A DNA stretch of 64,000 bases from Planctomycetota bacterium (GTDB lineage Bacteria; Planctomycetota; MHYJ01; JACPRB01). Numbering within the stretch: the stretch's first letter is position 1; the number at the start of each line of letters is the position of its first letter. Position numbers and translations under genes: made by a program. The stretch spans positions 2,231-66,230 of the forward strand of contig DATLZA010000060.1 in assembly GCA_035574235.1 (NCBI GenBank). The letters run 5' to 3'. Under the pieces are notes generated by a model. The model saw only the letters and a list, made by a program, of their open reading frames with translations. It had not been told where the DNA came from and made no database searches. This document shows positions 22,594 through 32,689 of the stretch, in pieces.

Positions 22594-23343
22594 TCAGAGC
22601 ACCTCGAGATGCTCGACGTGCTCGCCGCGGAAGCTCCTCAGATGCCCCGTGTCCAGCCGCAGAATCACCCCGTCGATCGGATCCACGTCCTCCACCGTCC
22701 CCTCGACGGACCGTCCGGCCTCCTTCACCCGCACGCGCCGGCTCAGAATGAACGAGCGCTCGCGCCAGGCCTTGCGGAAATCCTTGAGCGATCCTCCGAG
22801 CCGTCCGTACCAGTCCTCCACCGCCTCCAGAAGCGCCCGCGCCGCGGCCTCGCGCGAGACGCCCGGCCCGAGCGACGCGGCCCCGACCCCCGGCGGATGG
22901 GCGTTCACGTTCAGGCCGATCCCCAGCACGAAAAGATCCGGCCGGCTTCCGACGAACCGCGCCTCGACCAGAATCCCCGCGAGCTTGCGCCCGCCGAGCA
23001 TGACGTCGTTCGGGAACCGGATCCGCGCCTCCTTCCCCGCCACGTCCGCCGCCGCCAGCGCCCCGACCGCCGTCACGAGCGGCACCCGGTCAAGATCGAT
23101 CTCCGGACGCAGGAGAATCGAGCAGAGAATCGCCTTCCCGCGCGGCGCCACCCACGAGCGTCCGAACCGCCCGCGCCCCGCCGTCTGCTCCTCGGCGAAA
23201 ACCACGGTCCCCTCGGGCGCCCCCTCCAGCGCCTCCTTCCAGGCCAGATCGTTCGTGGACGCGCAGACGTCCACGCACACGATCCGCCGTCCGACCACCC
23301 GCGTCCGCAGGCCCGACCGGATCCCCTCGGGCGTCAGCCGCAT
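22594..23343 (-). CDS. birA: Biotin-[acetyl-CoA-carboxylase] ligase, class I (no HTH)
   Basis: GRGRFGRSW signature and overall BirA catalytic-domain pattern. Overlaps the nadC 3' end by 10 nt. Confidence 0.85.
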   Translation of the reverse strand: MRLTPEGIRSGLRTRVVGRRIVCVDVCASTNDLAWKEALEGAPEGTVVFAEEQTAGRGRFGRSWVAPRGKAILCSILLRPEIDLDRVPLVTAVGALAAADVAGKEARIRFPNDVMLGGRKLAGILVEARFVGSRPDLFVLGIGLNVNAHPPGVGAASLGPGVSREAAARALLEAVEDWYGRLGGSLKDFRKAWRERSFILSRRVRVKEAGRSVEGTVEDVDPIDGVILRLDTGHLRSFRGEHVEHLEVL

Positions 23344-24155
23344 AGCTCGAGAGAAAGATCCGCCGCCGGCGCCGAATGCGTCAGCGCCCCCACGCTCACC
23401 CGATCCACCCCCGTCCGCGCCACCGCCGCCACGTTCGAAAGCGTCACCCCGCCGGACGCCTCCAGTTCCAGACGCGGCTTGATCCCCCGCACCAGCTTCA
23501 CCGCCCGGCGCAATCCGCTCACCGCGAAGTTATCAAACATCAGGACGTCCACCGGGAACGTCGCGAAGAGAAGCGCCTCTTCGAGCGACTGGGCTTCGAT
23601 CACGATCGGAAGCCCGCGCACCGCCAGCCCGTACACCTTTTCGCGCAGAGCCTCCGGATCCCCCACCGCGCGGATGTGATTGTCCTTGATCATGACGCCG
23701 TCGTGGAGTCCCATTCGGTGATTGTGGCCGCCCCCGCAGCGGACCGCGTACTTCTCGAGCTCCCGGAGCCCGGGCGTGGTCTTGCGCGTGTCGTAGACGC
23801 GGACGGGCCGCGCGCGCTCGACGAAGCGGCGCGTGAGCGTGGCGATGCCCGAAAGACGCTGAAGAAAGTTGAGCGCCGTGCGCTCCGCCGAAAGGAGGGC
23901 CCGCAGGGGCCCCGACACGCGGGCGACCTCCGCCCCGCGGCGCAGGCGCGCGCCGTCCCGCGCCCGCGCGGACATCCGCGCCCCGAGCTGCCGGAACGCC
24001 TCCGCCGCGGGCTCCAGCCCGCAGAGGACCAGATCCTGCCGCGCCAGAATCACGCCCCGCCCCCGGGCGCCGCCCACGATCGGGGCGGTGCGGTCGCGGA
24101 ACGCGCCGTCCTCCGCCAGCGCGCGGCGGACGAGCGAACGGAGCGTCTCGGTCAC
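23334..24155 (-). CDS. nadC: Nicotinate-nucleotide pyrophosphorylase (carboxylating)
   Basis: [39 protein letters not shown] and IKDNH motifs. GTG start at 24155 overlaps the sucD stop (GTGA). The upstream part of the 524-aa ORF is antisense to, and overlaps, sucD. Confidence 0.9.
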   Translation of the reverse strand: MTETLRSLVRRALAEDGAFRDRTAPIVGGARGRGVILARQDLVLCGLEPAAEAFRQLGARMSARARDGARLRRGAEVARVSGPLRALLSAERTALNFLQRLSGIATLTRRFVERARPVRVYDTRKTTPGLRELEKYAVRCGGGHNHRMGLHDGVMIKDNHIRAVGDPEALREKVYGLAVRGLPIVIEAQSLEEALLFATFPVDVLMFDNFAVSGLRRAVKLVRGIKPRLELEASGGVTLSNVAAVARTGVDRVSVGALTHSAPAADLSLELCG

Positions 24156-25048
24156 TTCCCTCTGCCGTCCAGCACGGCCTTCATCGTGCGGCCGATGTCG
24201 GCGGGACTTTGCACGCAGGTCGCCCCCGCGGCCCGGAGCGCCTCGTACTTGGCCGCCGCCGTGCCCTTGCCGCCCTGGATGATCGCCCCCGCGTGGCCCA
24301 TCCGCTTGCCCGGGGGAGCCGTCTGCCCCCCGATGAAGGCCACCACCGGCTTTTTCATGTTCCGGGCGATCCACTCGGCGGCCTCCTCCTCCATGGATCC
24401 CCCGATCTCGCCGATCAGCACGACCGCCCGCGTCCCCGGATCCTCGTTGAAGAGCTTGAGCACATCCACGAAGTCCGTCCCCTGCACGGGATCCCCGCCG
24501 ATCCCCACGGCCGTCGACTGCCCCAGCCCGAGCGCCGAAAGCTGCCAGACCGCCTCGTACGTGAGCGTCCCGGAGCGCGACACCACGCCGATGTCGCCCG
24601 GCTTGTGGATGTATCCGGGCATGATCCCGAGCTTCGTCTGCCCCGGCGTGATGAGACCCGGACAGTTCGGGCCGATCATCCGCGTGCGGGTGTCCTTCAG
24701 GAACGCCCGCAACCGGACCTCGTCCACGATCGGGATCCCCTCCGTGATGCAGACGACCAGCTCGATCCCGGCCGCCGCCGCCTCCATCACCCCGTCGGCC
24801 GCCGCCGCCCCGGGAACGAACACGACGCTCGCCGTGGCGCCCGTCTTGCGGACCGCCTCCTCCACGGTGTTGAAGACGGGGACCTTCACGCCCTTGCGGG
24901 ACTCCCACGTCGTGCCGCCCTTCCCGGGCGTCACGCCGGCCACGACCTGCGTGCCGTACTCCAGCATGCCGTTGCCGTGGACGGTGCCGGCCTCGCCCGT
25001 GAGGCCCTGAACGAGAACCCGCGTGTTCCGATCGACCAGGATGCTCAT
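24152..25048 (-). CDS. sucD: Succinyl-CoA synthetase alpha subunit
   Basis: [18 protein letters not shown]...GHAGAII matches SucD throughout. Confidence 0.95.
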   Translation of the reverse strand: MSILVDRNTRVLVQGLTGEAGTVHGNGMLEYGTQVVAGVTPGKGGTTWESRKGVKVPVFNTVEEAVRKTGATASVVFVPGAAAADGVMEAAAAGIELVVCITEGIPIVDEVRLRAFLKDTRTRMIGPNCPGLITPGQTKLGIMPGYIHKPGDIGVVSRSGTLTYEAVWQLSALGLGQSTAVGIGGDPVQGTDFVDVLKLFNEDPGTRAVVLIGEIGGSMEEEAAEWIARNMKKPVVAFIGGQTAPPGKRMGHAGAIIQGGKGTAAAKYEALRAAGATCVQSPADIGRTMKAVLDGRGK

Positions 25049-26259
25049 CGCCGCAGCCCCGCCGCCTCGATCGCCTTGCGCGCCCCGTCGGCCATGTCCG
25101 CCGCGGCCACGATCTTCAGCCCGCTCGCCTTCAGAATCTCCCGGCCCGCCTCGACGTTGGTCCCCTCCAGCCGCACGATCACGGGCACCCTCACCTCGAC
25201 CTCCTTGACCGCGTCCACGATGCCCTGGGCCAGGACGTCGCAGCGCAGGATCCCGCCGAAGATGTTGATGAAGACGGCGCGGACGGAAGGATTCGCCAGG
25301 AGGAGCTGGAACGCCTTCTTCACCTGATCCTTGTTGGCGCCCCCGCCCACGTCCAGGAAGTTCGCCGGCGCGCCCCCCGCCTGCTGAATGATGTCCATCG
25401 TGGCCATGGCCAGCCCGGCGCCGTTGACCATGCAGCCGATGTTCCCGTCCATCGAGACGTAGTTCAGCCCGTGCCGATGAGCCTCGTGCTCGAGCGGATC
25501 TTCCTCCGAAACGTCCCGGAGCGCCTCCAGCGCCGGCTGCCTCTTGAGCTCCAGCGCCCGGTCATCGATCGCCATCTTCGCGTCGAGGGCCAGCACCTGC
25601 CCCTGCCGCGTGACGACGAGCGGGTTGATCTCGACGAGCGTGCACTCGCGCTCCACGTACAGCCGGCCGAGCGCCGGGGCCATGCGGACGAACTGCTTGA
25701 ACGCTTCTCCGGAAAGCCCCAGGCCGAAGGCGACTTTGCGCGCCTGAAAGGCCTGCAGCCCGTAGCCCGCGTCGAAATGCTCCTTGAGGATCGCCTCGGG
25801 CGCGCGCGCGGCCACCTCCTCGATTTCGACGCCCCCCTCGCGGCTGGCCATGAGCACCGGCCGGCCCGCCCGGCGGTCGAGCACGATGCCCAGATAAAGC
25901 TCCCGATCCACTTCGCAGCCAGCTTCGACGTAGACGCGCCGAACGACCCGCCCCTGCGGTCCCGTCTGGCGGGTCACGAGCGGATATCCCAGGATCTTCG
26001 CCGCGATGTCGCGCGCCTCGGAGGCGGAACGGACAACCTTGACGCCCCCCTGGAGGCGCACGGTCTTGAGGTCCTTCTCGTAGACCGTCCCCTTGCCGCG
26101 CCCGCCCGCATGGATCTGGGACTTGACCACGGCCACCGGGGCCGAGAGGCGCGCGAAGGCGTCGGCGGCCTGCTCGGGGGTTTCGGCCACGTGCCCCGGA
26201 AGGACCGGCAGGCCGTGGCTACGGAAGATTTCCTTCGCCTGAAACTCGTGGAGATTCAC
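25045..26259 (-). CDS. sucC: Succinyl-CoA synthetase beta subunit
   Basis: [12 protein letters not shown]... ATP-grasp N-terminus and the GGIxRCD motif. ATGA overlap with sucD. Confidence 0.95.
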   Translation of the reverse strand: MNLHEFQAKEIFRSHGLPVLPGHVAETPEQAADAFARLSAPVAVVKSQIHAGGRGKGTVYEKDLKTVRLQGGVKVVRSASEARDIAAKILGYPLVTRQTGPQGRVVRRVYVEAGCEVDRELYLGIVLDRRAGRPVLMASREGGVEIEEVAARAPEAILKEHFDAGYGLQAFQARKVAFGLGLSGEAFKQFVRMAPALGRLYVERECTLVEINPLVVTRQGQVLALDAKMAIDDRALELKRQPALEALRDVSEEDPLEHEAHRHGLNYVSMDGNIGCMVNGAGLAMATMDIIQQAGGAPANFLDVGGGANKDQVKKAFQLLLANPSVRAVFINIFGGILRCDVLAQGIVDAVKEVEVRVPVIVRLEGTNVEAGREILKASGLKIVAAADMADGARKAIEAAGLRR

Positions 26260-26599
26260 TGGAGCTCTCTTTCCGGCGCGCCGGGGCCGGCTGGATGCCG
26301 CCCTTCATGCTGGGCGTGGTGATCCGGTCCTCCATGACCTTTCCCGGCTTGAACTTGACCACCTTGCGCTCGGGGATGAAGACCTCCTGCCGCGAGCGCG
26401 GGTTCCGGGCGATGCGGCCCTTGCGGTCGATGACCTCGAAGACGCCGAAGTTCCGGAGCTCGACCTTGTTGCCCTGAACGAGGGACTCCACGATCATGTC
26501 GAGCGTCCCCTGAACGACGCGGCGCGTGGAGGCGATCTCCAGCTCGTACTTCTCGGCCAAGGTCCGGACGATGTCGTTTTTCGTCAACGTCGAGCCCAC
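26219..26599 (-). CDS. HU/IHF-family DNA-binding protein
   Basis: LTKNDIV...ELRNFGVFEV..RKGRIARNPRS..EVFIPERKVVKFKPGK is the HU/IHF arm pattern. Start tentatively the GTG at 26599 with GGAGG upstream; the ORF-track ATG is 26656. The tail overlaps the sucC start by 41 nt. Confidence 0.75.
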   Translation of the reverse strand: MGSTLTKNDIVRTLAEKYELEIASTRRVVQGTLDMIVESLVQGNKVELRNFGVFEVIDRKGRIARNPRSRQEVFIPERKVVKFKPGKVMEDRITTPSMKGGIQPAPARRKESSSESPRVSGEGNLP

Positions 26600-26659
26600 G
26601 GCGCCTCCGTGGAAATGGGACGGGCCTATTAGAGCCTTCGCCTCGCGGGGCGTCAAGGA

Positions 26660-27346
26660 TTACGCCGAGCCGAGCACCTCGAGCATCGAGTGAAGCCCCG
26701 GCCGCGCCCGCGCGACCCAGCGCGCCGCCTCCAGCGCCCCGCGCGCGAAGATGTCCCGCGAGCTCGCCCGGTGGACGATCTCGATCGAGTCTCCGATCGA
26801 CCCGAAGAGAACCCGGTGCTCCCCCACGACGTCCCCCGAGCGCACCGCGTGCACGTTCGGCCGCCGGCCCGTGGCCGCTTCGATCCGCTCGGCCAGCGTC
26901 TTGGCGGTCCCGCTCGGGGCGTCCTTCTTGAACCGGTGATGCGTCTCGACGATGTCGATGTCGTAGTCCTTCCCCAGCACGCGCGCCACCTCGGGAACGA
27001 GCTTGAACAGGAGATTCACCCCCACGCTCGTGTTGGACGAGAGGACCACGGGGATCGCGCGCGCGGCCTCGGCGATGCGCGCCCGCTGGGCGTCCGTGAA
27101 GCCCGTGGTGCCGATCACCGCGGGCGTCCCCGACCGCACGCATTCCGCCAGCCGCTCAAGCGACGCCTCGGGCGTCGAGAAATCGACCAGGGCGTCCACC
27201 TTCTTCGTGAGCGACCGCGAAACCTCCAGGCCCGGCGGCGCCGGCGCCACGTCGATCGCCTCGGCCACCTCGATCCCCATCTCCCGCGCCAGCCGCAGCA
27301 CCGTCTGGCCCATCCGCCCGCAGGCGCCGTTCACCGCGATCCTCAT
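26660..27346 (-). CDS. dapB: 4-hydroxy-tetrahydrodipicolinate reductase
   Basis: MRIAVNGACGRMG..., ETHHRFKKDAPSGTA and HRASSRDIFARGAL motifs. The ATG at 27346 overlaps the upstream stop (ATGA). Confidence 0.9.
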   Translation of the reverse strand: MRIAVNGACGRMGQTVLRLAREMGIEVAEAIDVAPAPPGLEVSRSLTKKVDALVDFSTPEASLERLAECVRSGTPAVIGTTGFTDAQRARIAEAARAIPVVLSSNTSVGVNLLFKLVPEVARVLGKDYDIDIVETHHRFKKDAPSGTAKTLAERIEAATGRRPNVHAVRSGDVVGEHRVLFGSIGDSIEIVHRASSRDIFARGALEAARWVARARPGLHSMLEVLGSA

Positions 27347-28431
27347 GCCAGCCCCTCGAGCGCCTGATCCAGGCGCACGTGCCCCTGCACCACCTCGATC
27401 GCCCGGGCGATCTTCTCCCGATCCGAGGGCAGGATCTTGAAGTTCCCCGCGTGAATCTCCGCCGCCACCGTGTAGACGTCCGTCTCGACCTGAACCACCG
27501 GAATCGCCGTCCGCTTGAACATCCGAAGCACCGTGTCCGACAGCTTCCCTCTCCCCGCCACCACGACCGACGCCAGCGTGAAATCCTTCCGGCCGCTGAT
27601 GAACATGGCCGACAGGCCCGCCACGAGGATGTCCTCCCGGTCCGCCGGGCACAGCAGCGTCACCACCCCCGAAAGCTCGTCGAGCGCCGTCCCCGCGCTC
27701 ATCGCCCCGAGCACGAGCTTGCCGAGCGGCTTGCCCATCTCGCCCTCGGCGTTGAGGACCTTCCCGCGGAACCGCTCCTGGAGATCCAGCATCGTCGCCC
27801 GCGCCAGGTCGTTGTCGTAAGGAATCACGCCCAGGAGCTTCACCCCCATGAGGTCCAGCACCCGGCGCATCCACTTGTCGATCCGCTCCAGCTCGTGCGG
27901 GTACGCCTTGTTGACGATGACCCCGAGAAGTTCCACCCCCGCCCGCTCGAAGTAACTCTTGTTGAGGATCACCTCGTCGGTGGGCTGGCCCACGCCCCCC
28001 GAGGCCACCAGCACCACCTTCGCGTTCAGAAGCTTCGCCAGAAACGCGTTCGAAAGCCCGAACGCCGCCCCCGCCGCCGCGTTGCCGGTTCCCTCGATGA
28101 CCACCAGATTCTTGTTCGCCGCCACCCGCGCGTATCCGGCCTTGATCTTCTCGAGCACCCCCTCCCGCCCCTCCTGAGAAATCCACGCGGTCGGGAAGCC
28201 GTCGTAGCAGACCGGCCCCATGTCCCGCACGAAGGCCGGAATCCGGCATGCCTCCTTGATGAGCGCCACGTCATGGTCGATCTTCTCGCCGGCGAACTCC
28301 ACGGACCCCTTGCCGACCGGCTTGATGTATCCGATGTCGCGCACCTGACGGGCGAACGCCGCCGCCATGCCGAGCGCCAGAACGGTCTTCCCCTCGTTGT
28401 GGCGCGTCGAGGTGATGAAGAGGTTTTTCAC
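27343..28431 (-). CDS. P-loop (CobQ/Pta N-terminal-like) plus DRTGG-domain protein
   Basis: MKNLFITSTRHNEGKT N-terminal nucleotide-binding loop. The C-terminal half resembles the DRTGG domain seen in the N-terminal region of phosphotransacetylases. Confidence 0.6.
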   Translation of the reverse strand: MKNLFITSTRHNEGKTVLALGMAAAFARQVRDIGYIKPVGKGSVEFAGEKIDHDVALIKEACRIPAFVRDMGPVCYDGFPTAWISQEGREGVLEKIKAGYARVAANKNLVVIEGTGNAAAGAAFGLSNAFLAKLLNAKVVLVASGGVGQPTDEVILNKSYFERAGVELLGVIVNKAYPHELERIDKWMRRVLDLMGVKLLGVIPYDNDLARATMLDLQERFRGKVLNAEGEMGKPLGKLVLGAMSAGTALDELSGVVTLLCPADREDILVAGLSAMFISGRKDFTLASVVVAGRGKLSDTVLRMFKRTAIPVVQVETDVYTVAAEIHAGNFKILPSDREKIARAIEVVQGHVRLDQALEGLA

Positions 28432-28528
28432 GCCGCGGGATTACACCACAAAAAAGCGGTGAACACAAGAAAGTGCGACCCGCCCGCGACGGCTTGCCCT
28501 CCCGCCGGCCGGACGCGACAATGCCGGC

Positions 28529-29386
28529 GTGGCGACGCTGATTCCCGCTCCCGCCTTCGACCTCGGCCGCACCCTCGAAAGCGGACAGTTCTTCCGCTTC
28601 GCCCCCGCCGGCGGCGGCGCCTATTACGTCCACACGGCGGGCCGCCTCCTCCGGGCCCGCCAGGACGGCGACCGGCTCCGCATCGAAGGCGCTCCCGCCT
28701 CCTTCGCCCGCCGATTCTTCGCTCTCGACCACGACGGAGACGCCGTCGCACAGACCCTCGGACGCGATCCCGCCCTTCGGCCCGCCCTGGACGCCGTTTC
28801 CGGCCTGCGCATCCTCCGGCAGGACCCCTGGGAATGCACCGCCGCCTTCATCGTCTCCATCTGCTCGAATATCCCCCGCATCGCCCGGACGATCGAGGCG
28901 CTCGCCCGCGCCTGGGGACGCCCCGTGCGTCTGGACGGATTCGCCTCCCGCGCCTTCCCGGCGCCCGGCGCCCTCGGCGACGAACGCGCGCTCCGACGCC
29001 TGGGACTCGGATTCCGGGCTCCGTACCTCGTGGAGACGGCGCGCCGCGCGGCCGCCGGATTCCTCGACGGATTGGACCGGCTTCCCTACGACGCCGCCCG
29101 CGAACGACTGATAGAACTTCCGGGGGTGGCCGAAAAGGTCGCCGACTGCGTGCTCCTCTTCGCGTACGGCCGACTCGAGGCCTTCCCCGTCGATACCCGC
29201 ATCCGCCAGGCTATGCGAACCCTCTTTTTTCGGCACCGGGCGGCATCGGACCGCGAGATCCGCGCCTTCGCCCGCGAGCGGTGGGGCCCCCTGGCCGGCT
29301 ACGCCCAGCAGTACCTCTACGCGTGGTGGCCGCGCGCCCGCCGCCGGATCAGTTCTCCAGCCCCGCCGGCCGCCGCCCCAGCGTGA
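28529..29386 (+). CDS. 8-oxoguanine DNA glycosylase / HhH-GPD base-excision enzyme
   Basis: ILRQDPWECTAAFIVS, then HhH LPGVAEKVADCVLLF followed by FPVDTR (catalytic Asp context). GTG start. Confidence 0.75.
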   Translation: MATLIPAPAFDLGRTLESGQFFRFAPAGGGAYYVHTAGRLLRARQDGDRLRIEGAPASFARRFFALDHDGDAVAQTLGRDPALRPALDAVSGLRILRQDPWECTAAFIVSICSNIPRIARTIEALARAWGRPVRLDGFASRAFPAPGALGDERALRRLGLGFRAPYLVETARRAAAGFLDGLDRLPYDAARERLIELPGVAEKVADCVLLFAYGRLEAFPVDTRIRQAMRTLFFRHRAASDREIRAFARERWGPLAGYAQQYLYAWWPRARRRISSPAPPAAAPA

Positions 29387-30605
29387 CCCGAACCGCCCGC
29401 GCCTGCCCTCCGCGCTCCACCTCGATCTCGACCTCCTCTCCCTCCAGGAAGCTTCCGATGAGATCGACCGAATCCGTGGGAGTCGCCACCGGGGTTCCGG
29501 CCACCTTCCGAACCACGTCTCCGCGCCGCAGGCCCGCGGCGTCGGCCGGCGTTCCGGCGATCACCTCCACGATCACCACGCGACCGCTCTCCTCCTGCTC
29601 CACCCGGATTCCGCAGAACCCCTTGGGACGCAGGCGCGCGACCCCGGCCGGCACCCGACCCCACACCTTGATATGGCGATCCCTCCCGATCGTCACCACG
29701 CAACGGCCCCGCGGATCGACGGCCACGGCGCGCACGGGCCCCTGATGATGCGCCAGCACCGTGGGCGGAGATTCCCCGCCCGCGTCGAAAAAACGAAGCG
29801 CCCCGTCCTGCGAACCGGCCGCCCAAAAACGGCCGTCCGGCGAAAGCTGCGCGGCGGTCAGCGCCGCCGACTCCGGAACGCAAACCACCTCCCGCGCGGG
29901 AACGCCCACCCCCGCCTCCCAGACCAGAACGGACCGGTCCCCCGCCACCCATCCCCGCCGACCGTCCGGCCGGAAGCCCACCGCCAGCCATCCCTCCTCG
30001 GCCACGGCCGGCCCCGGCTCTTCCCGCCATCGATCGGTGCGGAACACCCGGAGCCCCGCCCCGGCCAGGGCGGCCCTCGAACCGTCCCGCGAAAACGCCG
30101 CCGCGACGAAGACCGCGCCCCCCGATCCCACGGCGCGCAGCTCCCGCCCTTCCTTCGCGTCCCACAGGCGCGCCGTGCCGTCGTGCGAGGCGGTCAGAAG
30201 CCGGCGGCCGTCCGGATGAAACGCGAGCGCCGCCACGTACGCCCGGTGTCCCGCCAGCGTGCGCCGAACCCGCCCCTCCTCGAGATCCCAGAGAACGACC
30301 CCTCCCTGGAACCCTCCGGCCGCCAGCATCTTTCCGTCCGGAGAGAAAGTCACGCTCAGGAGATTTTCGGAAGCCCCGCGCAGGCGTGCGACTTCCTTCC
30401 AGGCCTGCGTGCCGTAGAGCCGGACCTCCGTTCCACAGGCCACCGCCAGGAGGCGTCCGTCCGGACTGAACTCCGCCCCGTACGGATCCCAGAGAGGAGC
30501 GATCGTGCGCTGGAGCCCCACCTCGGACGGCTTGAGCGGCTGCGGGGGGATCCCGACATCCGCCGCCGCCAGGAGCGCGGCGACCCACGCCGGTCCGAGT
30601 CTCAC
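29349..30605 (-). CDS. WD40-repeat protein with C-terminal PDZ domain
   Basis: Repeats such as FSPDGRLLAVA, FSPDGKMLAAGG and FHPDGRRLLTASHDGTARLWD. C-terminal PDZ: GIRVEQ...VIAGTPADAAGLRRGDVV. GTG at 30605 overlaps the upstream stop (GTGA) and is followed by a signal-like segment LGPAWVAALLAAA. Confidence 0.75.
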   Translation of the reverse strand: MRLGPAWVAALLAAADVGIPPQPLKPSEVGLQRTIAPLWDPYGAEFSPDGRLLAVACGTEVRLYGTQAWKEVARLRGASENLLSVTFSPDGKMLAAGGFQGGVVLWDLEEGRVRRTLAGHRAYVAALAFHPDGRRLLTASHDGTARLWDAKEGRELRAVGSGGAVFVAAAFSRDGSRAALAGAGLRVFRTDRWREEPGPAVAEEGWLAVGFRPDGRRGWVAGDRSVLVWEAGVGVPAREVVCVPESAALTAAQLSPDGRFWAAGSQDGALRFFDAGGESPPTVLAHHQGPVRAVAVDPRGRCVVTIGRDRHIKVWGRVPAGVARLRPKGFCGIRVEQEESGRVVIVEVIAGTPADAAGLRRGDVVRKVAGTPVATPTDSVDLIGSFLEGEEVEIEVERGGQARAVRVTLGRRPAGLEN

Positions 30606-31567
30606 TTCCGGCCTCGGGCGAAGACGCGCATCATCCCGTCCGTGCCCGCCACAACGAGGCGCCGCCCGTCCCCCGAGAAGGCCAGGCGGGAGTTGTTGCC
30701 CACCTGCGCCGCAAGCGTCACGAAAGGCTTGCGTCCGGTCAGATCCCACACGCGCAGCGATCCGTCGGCTCCCGTGGAAGCCAGATGGCGCCCGTGGGGG
30801 TGAAACGCCACGTAGCTCGTTCCTCCCGGGTGCCCCTCCAAAACGGCGCGGCGCTCCCAGCCGGAGGTCTCCACGAGCGCCAGCCCCCCTTCCGGCAGCG
30901 GAAAGGCGACCCAGCGGCCGTCGCGCGAGGCGGCCACGGTATGCACATATCCGGCCGCCAGGCGCTTGACCTCGGCGCCGTCCTGGATGTTCCACACGCG
31001 GAAGGTCTCGTCGGCATGACTGGCCAGAAGGAAGCGTCCATCGGCCGCGTAGGCGAGCGTGTAGGTGGCGCCGGCGGGGGCGGCCAGCGAGCGGACCTCG
31101 CGGCCGGTGGCCACTTCGAAGATCTTCATCAGGCCGTCCGCGCTACCGCCGGTAGCGACGAATCTCCCGTCCGGGGAGACGGCGACCGCTCAGGCGTAGC
31201 CCGCGTGGGCGCGGACGGAGTTGAGGAGCCGCCCCGTGGCGGTCTCCCAGATCCGGACCGTGCCGTCGTATCCGCTGGTGGCCAGGAGGCGCCCGTCGCG
31301 GCTCCAGCCCGAGTCGTGGATGTTGCCGTCGTGGGCGGCCAGCACGCGTTCCCGGGCGGGATCGGCCGCGTCGAAAAGCCGCACGCGGTTTCCGGCGTAG
31401 ACGGCGAAGGTGTCGCCCGCGGGGCTCAGCGACGAAGCCCGCTGGGGACCGCTGGAGCGGACGAGTTCGAAAGTGGAGGGGTCGATCGCCTCGCGCCGCC
31501 ACGAGGAATCCGGCAGGGCGCCCAGACCGCCGGCCAGAACGCCGGCGAGGATCGGCAGATGTTTCAT
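30602..31567 (-). pseudogene. WD40-repeat protein interrupted by one in-frame TGA (31190-31192)
   Basis: ORFs 31190-31567 and 30602-31129 are in the same frame. Translation across the gap reads ...RAHAGYA*AVAVSPDGRFVATGGSADGLMKIFEVATG..., a continuous WD40 blade. N-terminal signal peptide MKHLPILAGVLAGGLGA. Confidence 0.6.
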
Positions 31568-31638
31568 CGCTCTCTTTTCATTATACTTATCGTGAGAGGT
31601 GCAAGAGGACGCCTTTCGTCTTCCGGTGGATTCCGACC

Positions 31639-32640
31639 ATGCCGCTCATCTCCATCCTGATGCCCGTCTATAACGCCGCCGGGACCCTCCGAGCGGCCCT
31701 GCAATCCGTGCTGGCGCAGAGCTTCAAAGAGTGGGAGCTCGTGGCGGTCAACGACGGATCGACCGACGCGTCCCTGGAGATCCTGGACGAGGCGGCGCGC
31801 CGGGACCGGCGGATCCGGATCCTGACGGGGGCCCACGTGGGCCACGTGGAGGCGCTGCGGTCGGCCGCCACGCTGGCCGCGGGACCGCTCCTGGCGCGCA
31901 TGGACGCCGACGACGTCATGCATCCCCGGCGTCTGCTGCTTCAGCTCACCCGCCTGGACTCGCCGCCGGCGGTGGACGTGGTGGCCACGCGGGTGCGGGT
32001 CCTGGGCCGCACGGGCGAAGGGATGCGCCTCTACGTGGACTGGCAGAACCGGCTCCTCTCGCACGACGACATCACGGCGAATCTCTTCGTGGAGAGTCCC
32101 CTGGCGCACCCCTCGGTCCTCATGCGGCGCGACAAGTTCGAGCGCGCGGGGGGCTACCGGGACCCGGGCTGGGCGGAGGATTTCGATCTCTGGCACCGGC
32201 TGCGGGAATGCGGCGCGCGGTTCGAAAAGCTGCCCCGCACGCTCCTCTCCTGGCGGGACAGCGACCGGCGCCTGACGCGGACGCACCCCATGTACTCCGA
32301 GAAGGCCTTCTACCAGGCGAAGCTTCACTACTTCAAGCGCCATCCCCTGGGCCGGGGCCCCGTGGTCGTCTGGGGCGCGGGCCCCATCGGGCGCCACTGG
32401 GCGCGGGACCTCCTGCGCTCGGGCATCGAGGTCCCGTACGCGATCGACATCGACCCGCGCAAGGTGGGCCGAACGATCGCCGGCGGACGGGTTCCGGTCC
32501 TCTCCGTGGAGGAGGGCCTGGCGCGGCGGGCGGGCGTGATCCTCGGCGCGGTGGGCTCGCGGGGCGCGCGGGACACGATCCGCGAGCGTCTGGCCCGGGA
32601 GCGCCTGGTCGAGGGGCGCGACTATCTTTTCGTGGCCTGA
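31639..32640 (+). CDS. Family-2 glycosyltransferase with C-terminal Rossmann-like domain
   Basis: ISILMPVYNAAGTL...AVNDGSTD...RMDADD are GT2 motifs. C-terminal VVVWGAGPIGRH glycine loop. Confidence 0.8.
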   Translation: MPLISILMPVYNAAGTLRAALQSVLAQSFKEWELVAVNDGSTDASLEILDEAARRDRRIRILTGAHVGHVEALRSAATLAAGPLLARMDADDVMHPRRLLLQLTRLDSPPAVDVVATRVRVLGRTGEGMRLYVDWQNRLLSHDDITANLFVESPLAHPSVLMRRDKFERAGGYRDPGWAEDFDLWHRLRECGARFEKLPRTLLSWRDSDRRLTRTHPMYSEKAFYQAKLHYFKRHPLGRGPVVVWGAGPIGRHWARDLLRSGIEVPYAIDIDPRKVGRTIAGGRVPVLSVEEGLARRAGVILGAVGSRGARDTIRERLARERLVEGRDYLFVA

Positions 32641-32654
32641 GCTTCCTTTTCCCG

Positions 32655-32683
32655 TTGTCACCCCCGATCGCGGTCGCTATAGT
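32655..32683 (+). promoter_or_regulatory. Sigma70-like promoter of the SRP RNA gene
   Basis: TTGTCA (32655-32660), 17-nt spacer, TATAGT (32678-32683). Confidence 0.6.
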
Positions 32684-32689
32684 AGGGTC

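Noticed and set aside
23334-24908. Composite ORFs that fuse a real gene with upstream out-of-gene sequence: 23334-24908, 26660-28249, 29349-30995, 53550-55625, 54413-56371, 56908-59448, 7511-9526, 40575-42197 and 42010-43278.
   Set aside because: The N-terminal extensions are Arg/Gly-rich and overlap the neighbouring upstream gene. Internal ATG or GTG codons coincide with that gene's stop, or with signal peptides or conserved N-termini, so the shorter models were used.
26600-26656. The N-terminal extension (MTPREAKALIGPSHFHGGA) of the HU/IHF ORF.
   Set aside because: HU/IHF proteins normally begin right at the ...LTK.D... helix. A GTG with an upstream GGAGG is available at 26599. The longer form cannot be excluded.
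31140-31192. The hairpin downstream of the WD40 in-frame TGA, considered as a SECIS element (selenoprotein WD40).
   Set aside because: The stem UCUCCC/GGGAGA is generated by the SPDG-R codons and recurs at other repeats. The position is a variable surface residue with no redox context. It is kept only as a low-probability alternative in the findings.
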